From: Candidatus Eiseniibacteriota bacterium
GTDB taxonomy: Bacteria; Eisenbacteria; RBG-16-71-46
Assembly: GCA_044222065.1 (NCBI GenBank)
Contig: JBGAOA010000031.1
Coordinates: 1 to 52,667 of the forward strand
Reading direction: 5' to 3'
Length of the DNA: 52,667 bases
Shown here: one piece after another, positions 22,153 through 29,202 of the stretch
Layout of the letters: each line of letters starts with the position of its first letter
How positions within the stretch are numbered: position 1 is the stretch's first letter
Notes under the pieces: model-generated
What the model was told of the DNA's origin: nothing
What the model saw: only the letters and a program-made list of their open reading frames with translations
Database searches by the model: none
Position numbers and translations under genes: made by a program

Positions 22153-23556
22153 ATGGACGACACGCTGCTGTTCCTGCCGGTGCGCGAACTCGGCGCGCGA
22201 TTGCGCGCGAAGCAAGTGACCTCGGTCGAGCTGACCGAACTCTCGCTCCAGCGGCTCGAGACGATCGGGCCGAAGCTCAACGCGGTCGTCACCGTGATGC
22301 GCGACGGCGCGCTCGTGCAGGCGCGCGCGGCCGACGCCGAACTGAAGCGCGGCAAGCCGCGCGGTCCGCTGCACGGGATCCCGTTCGGCGTGAAGGACCT
22401 GCTCGCGACGAGGGACGCGCCGACGACGTGGGGCGCCGCGCCGTATCGCGACCAGCGCTTCGACCACGACGCGACCGTCGTCGCGCGGCTCCGGAACGCG
22501 GGCGCGGTGCTCACGGCGAAGCTCGCGATGGTCGAGCTCGCGGGCGGCATGGGCTACAACCACGCGAACGCGTCGTTCACGGGGCCGGGGCTCACGCCGT
22601 GGAACACGAAGTTCTGGAGCGGCGGCTCGTCGAGCGGTCCCGGCGCCGCGGTCGCGGCCGGGCTCGTGGCGTTCGCGATCGGCTCCGAGACCTCGGGCTC
22701 GATCCTCACGCCGAGCGCCTACAGCGGCGTGACCGGACTGCGGCCGACCTATGGACTCGTCTCGCGGCACGGCGCGATGGCGCTCGCGTGGACGCTCGAC
22801 AAGCTCGGCCCCATGACGCGCAGCGCCGACTGCGCGGGTCTCGTGCTCGCCGCGATCGCGGGCGCCGATCCCGCCGACGCGACGAGCGTCGCGCGCGGCT
22901 TCGAGTGGCGCGGCGCGGCGACGTCGCCGCGCCGCTTCCGGCTCGCGGTGCCGAAGGGCGTGAGCGACAAGGAGCAGGCGGACGTGAAGGCGAACTTCGA
23001 GAAATCGCTCGGCGAGTTCGCGCCCCATTGCGAGATCACGCGCGACGTCGAGTGGCCCGACTTCCCGTGGGGCCCCGCGGTCGGCGCGATCGTCGGCGCG
23101 GAAGGGGCGACCGCGTTCCTCGAGCTGATCGAATCGGGGCGCGTGAAAGAGCTGACCTGCCCGAAGGACCGCTTCGGCGGCTACGCGGGCACGCTCATCC
23201 CGGCCGTGGATTACCTGCAGGCGATGCGGCTGCGCGCGCCGATGAAGCGCGCGGTCGCCGCGCTCTTCGAACGCTTCGACGCCGTCGTCGCGCCGACGCG
23301 CGCGAGCGTCGCGTACCCGGCCGACCAGAACTTCGAAGACGTGTACCCGGGCGTGAGCGGCGGACCGCCGCTCATTCCCGCCGGCAACCTGTGCGGACTC
23401 CCGGCGCTCGCCGTGCCGAACGGCTTCGGCGAGAACGGGCTTCCGACCTCGCTGTCGTTCCTCGGCGCCGCGTTTTCCGAGCGTGACCTTCTGACGCTCG
23501 GCGCGGTCCATCAGCGGAGGACCGACTGGCACCTCCGCCGTCCGCCCGCAGCGTAG
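22153..23556 (+). CDS. Amidase signature family enzyme (GatA-like)
   Basis: GPLHGIPFGVKDLL (Lys), GGSSSG (cis-Ser), GSETSGSI (nucleophile Ser), GLRPTYGLVSR. Confidence 0.92.
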   Translation: MDDTLLFLPVRELGARLRAKQVTSVELTELSLQRLETIGPKLNAVVTVMRDGALVQARAADAELKRGKPRGPLHGIPFGVKDLLATRDAPTTWGAAPYRDQRFDHDATVVARLRNAGAVLTAKLAMVELAGGMGYNHANASFTGPGLTPWNTKFWSGGSSSGPGAAVAAGLVAFAIGSETSGSILTPSAYSGVTGLRPTYGLVSRHGAMALAWTLDKLGPMTRSADCAGLVLAAIAGADPADATSVARGFEWRGAATSPRRFRLAVPKGVSDKEQADVKANFEKSLGEFAPHCEITRDVEWPDFPWGPAVGAIVGAEGATAFLELIESGRVKELTCPKDRFGGYAGTLIPAVDYLQAMRLRAPMKRAVAALFERFDAVVAPTRASVAYPADQNFEDVYPGVSGGPPLIPAGNLCGLPALAVPNGFGENGLPTSLSFLGAAFSERDLLTLGAVHQRRTDWHLRRPPAA

Positions 23557-23594
23557 GCGGCGGCGATTCCCCCGATCGAAAGGAGAACATTCGC

Positions 23595-23957
23595 ATGAAG
23601 CGTGGTCTGCGTTTCGTCGCTCTCGCCGCCGTCACGGTGGCGCTCGTCGCCGGCTGTCAGGGCGACATGATGAACCAGCTGATGTCGAACCAGGAGATGC
23701 AGGGCAAGGTCATGGACATGATCGCCGGGCAGGCGCCGATGGCGCAGCAGATGCTCGACAAGTTCATGGCGAACGACACGCTCAAGGCCGCCGTGCTCGA
23801 CAAGGTCATGGGCGACGAAGGCCTGATGTCGCAGGTCGTTTCGAAGGTCGCGGGCAATCAGGACATGCTCGACAAGGTGCTCGGCGCCGCCGTGCAGGAC
23901 CCGGCGATGAAGGAGCACATCATGGGCTTCGTGAAGGGGCTCGCCGCGGCGAAGTAG
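23595..23957 (+). CDS. Met-rich helical lipoprotein
   Basis: Lipobox LVAGC; AAAGGAG SD; 15 Met in 120 aa; repeated LDKV/LDKF. Confidence 0.75.
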   Translation: MKRGLRFVALAAVTVALVAGCQGDMMNQLMSNQEMQGKVMDMIAGQAPMAQQMLDKFMANDTLKAAVLDKVMGDEGLMSQVVSKVAGNQDMLDKVLGAAVQDPAMKEHIMGFVKGLAAAK

Positions 23958-23971
23958 CGGCGTTCGACGAG

Positions 23972-24007
23972 ACGGGCGGCGACCGCGAGGCCGCCGCCCG
24001 TTCTCTT
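23972..24007 (+). terminator. Hairpin terminator between convergent genes
   Basis: acgggcggcg...cgccgcccgt stem followed by tctctt. Confidence 0.55.
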
Positions 24008-24021
24008 GCCCCGCGGGTCGC

Positions 24022-25035
24022 TCACCCGCGCGGCGGTTGCCACTCGATCGGCGTCGCGTCGATCTCGATCCGCCGGCCGCGCCGGAGCAGCGTGAGCGTG
24101 AGCGCGCGTCCGATGACGTCCTCGGTGAGGAGCCGCTGTAGGTCGTCCACACCCGTGACCGGCGCTTCCGAGACGGCGACCACGATGTCGCCTTCCTCGA
24201 TGCCGGCGCGCGCCGCGGGACCACGGGGCTCGACGTGCAGCACGAGGAAGCCGCCGTCGCCCGCGAGCTGCATCTCGAGCACGCGGCGACGCTGGAGCTT
24301 GACCGTCTGGCCGCCGACGCCGATCCAGCCGCGGCGGATGCGGCCGTGCGGAATGAGGCGGCTCGCGACCCAGCGCGCCGTGTTCGCCGGAATCGCGAAG
24401 CACAGGCCCTGCGCGGGCAGGATCACGGCGGTATTGACGCCGACGACCTCGCCGCGCGAGTCCACGAGCGGTCCGCCCGAGTTGCCGGGGTTGAGCGCCG
24501 CGTCCGTCTGCACGATGCCGTCCATGAGGCGTCCCGAGCGCGCTCGCAGCGAACGCCCGGTCGCGCTCACGACGCCAGCCGTGACCGTGGCCTGGAAGCC
24601 GAGCGGATTGCCGATCGCGATCACGAGCTGGCCCGGGCGCAGCCGGCCCGAATCGCCGAGGCGCGCGACCGGCAGGTCGCCGCCCGGCACGCGCACCACG
24701 GCGAGGTCCGTGTCCGGGTCGTCGCCGACGAGCGTGCCCTCGCAGTGACGACCGTCCTGCAGCGTCACCTCGATGCCGCGCGCGCCGCTCACGACGTGGC
24801 TGTTCGTGAGCAGCAGCCCGTCGGGCGTGAACAGGAATCCGGAGCCGCTGCCGCCGCGTCCACGCGCGACGCGCACGTCGAGCTTCACGACGGCGGGCGC
24901 GACCGTGTCCACCGCGTGCGTGACCGCGCGCGAGTAGGCGTCGAGAAGCTCGGCGTCGTCGGATCCGGCGGGCGTCGAGGCGGCGTCCGGCGCGTCTCCG
25001 AGGCCGCTCACGAATTCGAAGCGGGGCGTGTCCAA
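24022..25035 (-). CDS. HtrA/DegQ-like trypsin serine protease with PDZ domain
   Basis: GSGSGF, TNSHVV (His), DLAV (Asp), QTDAALNPGNSGGPL (Ser); C-terminal PDZ. Confidence 0.92.
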   Translation of the reverse strand: MDTPRFEFVSGLGDAPDAASTPAGSDDAELLDAYSRAVTHAVDTVAPAVVKLDVRVARGRGGSGSGFLFTPDGLLLTNSHVVSGARGIEVTLQDGRHCEGTLVGDDPDTDLAVVRVPGGDLPVARLGDSGRLRPGQLVIAIGNPLGFQATVTAGVVSATGRSLRARSGRLMDGIVQTDAALNPGNSGGPLVDSRGEVVGVNTAVILPAQGLCFAIPANTARWVASRLIPHGRIRRGWIGVGGQTVKLQRRRVLEMQLAGDGGFLVLHVEPRGPAARAGIEEGDIVVAVSEAPVTGVDDLQRLLTEDVIGRALTLTLLRRGRRIEIDATPIEWQPPRG

Positions 25036-25113
25036 GGCGAAGTCCTCCCCGAGGTCGGTGGTGAGGACGTTCGATGCCGCGGGGCGCCGGGAGGAGCAGT
25101 CGGAGCCGGGCGC

Positions 25114-25788
25114 TCAGCGTTCGCGGTGCGCTTCGGCGACGTGACGCGCGACGTGGTGATCGAAGCGCGCGCGGGGGGCGATGTAGTAGATGGGAATCAG
25201 CGCGTAGAGGAACAGCGTGACCCGGGCGTTGAGCAGCGAAACCAGGATCGCGACCGCGTAGAGGGCGGGGCCCACCAGCGTTCGCCGCAGCACGTCGCGC
25301 ACGAAGTCGTCGTCGAGTTCGGGCGACACGAGCCGGTGCCCGCGGGTCGCGTACCACCACACGAGCGCCATCGCGAGACCGGTCGCGATCAGCGTCAGCC
25401 CGTAGGGCACGACCGCGATCGGCGTGCCGACGTACTCACCCATGAGCGCGGTCGGGAACGGGATGAAGGCGACGCACAGAAGGAACAGCAGATTCAGCCA
25501 CAGGAACGTGCGGTCGGTGCGGCGCACGAGGCTCAGCATCATGTGCTGGCCGACCCAGAACACGCCGATCACGACGAAGCTCACGAGCCAGCTCAGCAGC
25601 TTCGGCCACAACCCCATCAGCGCGTGCAGCAGCTCGAGGTCCTCCATGCCCTTCGGCAGCGACGGGACCTTGAGCTCGAAGATCAGCAGCGTCATGACGA
25701 TCGCGAACACGCCATCGCTGAAGGCCTCGAGGCGGTTCGTCGGAATCGAAGCGGGGTGCGGCTCGTGATGCGGATGACGCGCAGGCAC
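25114..25788 (-). CDS. TMEM175-family (DUF1211) potassium channel-like protein
   Basis: RLEAFSDGVFAIVMTLL, SFVVIGVFW..H, WLNLLFL...IPFPT; start uncertain. Confidence 0.88.
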   Translation of the reverse strand: MPARHPHHEPHPASIPTNRLEAFSDGVFAIVMTLLIFELKVPSLPKGMEDLELLHALMGLWPKLLSWLVSFVVIGVFWVGQHMMLSLVRRTDRTFLWLNLLFLLCVAFIPFPTALMGEYVGTPIAVVPYGLTLIATGLAMALVWWYATRGHRLVSPELDDDFVRDVLRRTLVGPALYAVAILVSLLNARVTLFLYALIPIYYIAPRARFDHHVARHVAEAHRER

Positions 25789-25872
25789 GCGGTGGGTTCC
25801 TCGGGGAGCGGGGTCGTGGAAGGTCGACGCCGGAATGCCGGCGACGTGCCGGGAGTTCCCGGGCGCCGCGAT

Positions 25873-26002
25873 CCTGGGTTCTGTCTGAGAACTCCGAGTG
25901 CAAGGCACGAGCGAGCGACGAGCGAGGCGTATCCTGCGGGATACTCCGCAGCGAGGAGCGAGCGAGAAACGCAGCACTCGGAATTCTCAGACAAAACCTA
26001 GG
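25873..26002. repeat. Palindromic MITE-like element, copy E1, with tandem-GA core
   Basis: 29-nt terminal inverted repeats (26/29 match); right end CTAG supplies the stop codon of the adjacent gene; core shared with 41170-41294. Confidence 0.75.
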
Positions 26003-27293
26003 CCGCGCGGGCCTCGCCGCCGTCGGCGCGCGCGAGCGTCCACGCGCGCAGCTCGATCGGTTCGTTCTCGTCCGCGACGGCGCCCGACCACACGCCGACG
26101 ACCGAGTGGCCCGCGACGAACGCGCGGCACGAGTTCGCGTCCGAGGGCGTGAGACCGGACAGCCAGCGCGCGAACCACGCTTCCGGGTTCGCGCCCGAGG
26201 CGCGCGCGACGATCACGCGCACGCCGCCGAGGCGCGCGAACGCGCCGGGCGTGTAAGGCCCTTCGGTGTCGAGCGCGACCCACGTCGGCTGCGTGGCGGC
26301 GAGCGCGTCGGCGAGCGCCGGCGGCTCGACCTCGCAGATCACGGCGCGCGCGGGGCGGTGCCGGTACACCGAGTGGTCGGCCGCGATGACGATGCCCTCG
26401 GGGAACTCGCCGCGCGCGGCGACGAGCGCGTGGATCACCTGCGAGGCCGCGTCGGCGTTCGCGCCGCCGACGAGCACGAGGCCGTCGCGCATCTCGTCGA
26501 GCAGCGCCAGCTCCTCGGGCCGGCCGTGAAAGCGCTCGCGCGCTGCCGGCGCGAGATCCACGGGCCTCAACCACAGCGACTCGCCGCGATGCTCGACGAT
26601 GCGGGTGACGCTCCACGAGCGGCCGCCCGTGAGGCGCGCGATGATGCGGCCGCCCGGGCTCGTGATGACACCGGGGCCGGTCGTGATGCGGCGCGACAGG
26701 TCCACGTACTCGGTCGTGCTCATGGCCGCGTCGTGCGATTCACGCCACTCGCCCTGGAGCTTCATGCGCACCGGGTGTCCGGGCCGGAACACGGTGCGGT
26801 CGTCGGGCCGGGTCGCGTTCGCCTGCGGCAGCGTGTCGCTCGGGCTCGCGCCGCGCGCCGAGCGCGCGTCCACGACCGCGGCGTGGAACGCCTGGCGCAG
26901 CTCGTCGAGCTGGCCCGCGCGCTCGCGCAGCTTCTCGGTCGCGGCGTCCGGCGGCCCGCCGCTCTGCGCGGACTTCTCGTCCATGCGGCGCGCGGCCTCG
27001 AGCATGAGCGCCTCGCTCGTGACCTCGATCGGGCCGTTCGGATCGGTCGTGTCGGGGCGGAACTCGAAGCGGCCGGTCTTCCACGCGAACAGCGTGTAGG
27101 CGCTCTGCTCGCCTTCGCGCCATTCCGGGTCGATCGCGTTCACGATCCGGCCGTCGTGGAAGTAGAAGTGCCCCTTCTTGCCGCCCTGCTCGATCGTCAG
27201 CACGCCGGAGGCGCGGTTGAGCGTGAGCAGCTGCCCGAGGTCGAACAGCGACAGCAGGCCGAGTTCGCCCGAGATCGCGTGACCGCCGGACAT
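25998..27293 (-). CDS. DUF4388 (PATAN-like) domain fused to a degenerate PilT-like domain
   Basis: GELGLLSLFDLGQLL...SGVLTI...FYFHDGRIVNA...WKTGRFEF...LMLEAARRMDE; C-terminal half is colinear with the neighbouring PilT; TGATG overlap. Confidence 0.8.
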   Translation of the reverse strand: MSGGHAISGELGLLSLFDLGQLLTLNRASGVLTIEQGGKKGHFYFHDGRIVNAIDPEWREGEQSAYTLFAWKTGRFEFRPDTTDPNGPIEVTSEALMLEAARRMDEKSAQSGGPPDAATEKLRERAGQLDELRQAFHAAVVDARSARGASPSDTLPQANATRPDDRTVFRPGHPVRMKLQGEWRESHDAAMSTTEYVDLSRRITTGPGVITSPGGRIIARLTGGRSWSVTRIVEHRGESLWLRPVDLAPAARERFHGRPEELALLDEMRDGLVLVGGANADAASQVIHALVAARGEFPEGIVIAADHSVYRHRPARAVICEVEPPALADALAATQPTWVALDTEGPYTPGAFARLGGVRVIVARASGANPEAWFARWLSGLTPSDANSCRAFVAGHSVVGVWSGAVADENEPIELRAWTLARADGGEARAA

Positions 27294-28369
27294 CACGCCG
27301 CCTTCGCGCGCGGATCGGCTCCGGCGGTTCCGAGCATCTCGCGCACGACCATGTGCGGAGTGGCTTCCTCGGTGCTGATGTTCCCGGCGCGGACGTGCGC
27401 GACGAGGCTCTCGTCCATCGTCTGCATGCCTTCGCGCTTGCCGGTCTGGATCACCGACGGCAGCTGGAACGTCTTGCGCTCGCGGATGAGGGCCGCGACC
27501 GCCTGGTTCGCGACCAGCACTTCGAGCGCGAGCATGCGGCCACCGCCGTCCTTGCGGCGCAAGAGCCGCTGCGCGAGCACGCCCTTCAGGCTCTCGGACA
27601 GCATGTAGCGCACCTGCGCCTGCTTCTCGCCCTCGAACGAGTCGAGGATGCGGTCCACGGTCTGCGACGCGCTCATCGTGTGAAGCGTGCCGAACACGAG
27701 CTGTCCGGTCGCGGCGGCGCTGATCGCGAGCGCCATCGTCTCGGGGTCGCGCAGCTCGCCGACCAGGATCACGTCCGGGTCCTGGCGCAGCGCCGCGCGC
27801 AGGCCCTGGTTGAAGCTCGGCGTGTTGCGCCCGATCTCGCGCTGCGTGACGAGCGCGGTCTTGTTCGCGTGCCGGTATTCGATCGGGTCCTCGAGCGTCA
27901 GGATGTGCTTCCGCTGCGTGCGGTTGATGTGGTCGATCATCGCCGCGAGCGTGCTCGACTTGCCCGAGCCCGGCGGGCCCGTGACGAGCACGAGGCCGCG
28001 CGAGAACTCGGTGAGCTTCAGGATGTGCGGCGGCACGCCCAGCTGGTCGAGCGACGGGATGTGGTTCGGCAGGATGCGGAACGCGCCGGCGAGGCCCTTC
28101 CACTGCTCGTAGACGTTGCAGCGCACGCGCACGATCCCCGGGACCTCGTAAGAGAAGTCCACGTCGCGCGACTTCTCGAAGCGCGCGCGGATCTCGGCGT
28201 CCATGATCTCGAACATCAGCGTTTCGGCCAGCTCGCGCGACAATTCCTCGTAGGGAATCGGAGTGATCTGGCCGTGCAGCCGGACCATCGGCGCCGAGCC
28301 CGTGGTCATGTGCAGGTCGGAAGCGCCCTGCTCCTTGACCAGCTTGAAGATGGCATCGATGCGCGCCAT
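27293..28369 (-). CDS. pilT: Type IV pilus retraction ATPase PilT
   Basis: ASDLH, Walker A GPPGSGKS, EDPIE, ALRQDPDVILVGE, TGQLVFGTLHT, AALIRERK, GMQTMD. Confidence 0.95.
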   Translation of the reverse strand: MARIDAIFKLVKEQGASDLHMTTGSAPMVRLHGQITPIPYEELSRELAETLMFEIMDAEIRARFEKSRDVDFSYEVPGIVRVRCNVYEQWKGLAGAFRILPNHIPSLDQLGVPPHILKLTEFSRGLVLVTGPPGSGKSSTLAAMIDHINRTQRKHILTLEDPIEYRHANKTALVTQREIGRNTPSFNQGLRAALRQDPDVILVGELRDPETMALAISAAATGQLVFGTLHTMSASQTVDRILDSFEGEKQAQVRYMLSESLKGVLAQRLLRRKDGGGRMLALEVLVANQAVAALIRERKTFQLPSVIQTGKREGMQTMDESLVAHVRAGNISTEEATPHMVVREMLGTAGADPRAKAA

Positions 28370-28588
28370 GCGCGGTGTCTCCCTGGGATCCTGCCGGGCC
28401 CGGGCGAGCGGGGGATTTCGCCTCTGGTGTCGGCCGGCCGCGACCGGGACTCCAGTCCGACGTGGGAACGCGGTTCGAGGGACCGCAAGGGCGCGAGCCG
28501 GGGCTCGGGAGCGGAAAAGCACCCGCACCCCTCAATTCGCACGATCGAGGCGCCGATACCCGCGACAGGTCTCGAGGAGGAGAGAGCC

Positions 28589-29110
28589 GTGGCAGGCTAC
28601 ATCTCGAAGATTCGAGTCGCCGTGCGTCTGGCCATCGTCGGCCACTTGCCGATGGAAGGCGCGTTCTCGCTGGAGCCGACCGCGCAGCATCGCGCCGGAC
28701 CCGAGACGATTCTCGAGCGGCTGAACTCGCACGCGCGCATGATTCCGTTCCATCGCGTCGAAGACGACGTCACGCTGCTCATCAACCGGCGCGACATCGA
28801 GTACGTCGCCGCGGGCGACGACGTGACGATGGACTACGTCATGCCGCCGACCTACCGCATCACGCACCAGGAGCGCGTGCGCGTGAGACTCGCGAGCGGC
28901 GCCGAGCTGACGGGCGTGCTGCGCCTCGAGCTGCCGGACGACCTGAACCGGGTGTCGGACTATCTGAACGGTCCCGAGCAGTTCTTCCCGCTCGCGACGC
29001 CGGGCGAGGTGCTGCTCGTGAACAAGCGCCACCTGAGCGTCGTGCGCCTGTTCGAATCGTCGCCGCGTCCCGTCGAGGACGGCGACTCGCGGCTCGTTTA
29101 CCCGGCGTAG
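28589..29110 (+). CDS. Hypothetical protein of two tandem homologous small beta domains
   Basis: GAGGAGG SD; internal repeat ERLN..MIPF..LLINRRDIEYV / DYLN..FFPL..LLVNKRHLSVV. Confidence 0.75.
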   Translation: MAGYISKIRVAVRLAIVGHLPMEGAFSLEPTAQHRAGPETILERLNSHARMIPFHRVEDDVTLLINRRDIEYVAAGDDVTMDYVMPPTYRITHQERVRVRLASGAELTGVLRLELPDDLNRVSDYLNGPEQFFPLATPGEVLLVNKRHLSVVRLFESSPRPVEDGDSRLVYPA

Positions 29111-29202
29111 GCCGGCGGACGGTTGCGGCTTCGATACCCCGCGGATAACCTCGCGCGCTCGTAACGACGAGCCCGTTCCACGCACCCCCGCGAGGACCCC
29201 GC

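Noticed and set aside
22153..23556. gatA of the GatCAB amidotransferase
   Set aside because: No gatB adjacent, and the small partner carries a Tat signal
24022..25035. HtrA lacking a signal peptide as a novelty
   Set aside because: Signal-less trypsin-PDZ proteins are common in bacteria, and the start codon is uncertain
25901..25974. GAGC/CGAG microsatellite or CRISPR-like repeat
   Set aside because: No repeat-spacer periodicity; the pattern is explained by the GA/GA fold-back helix
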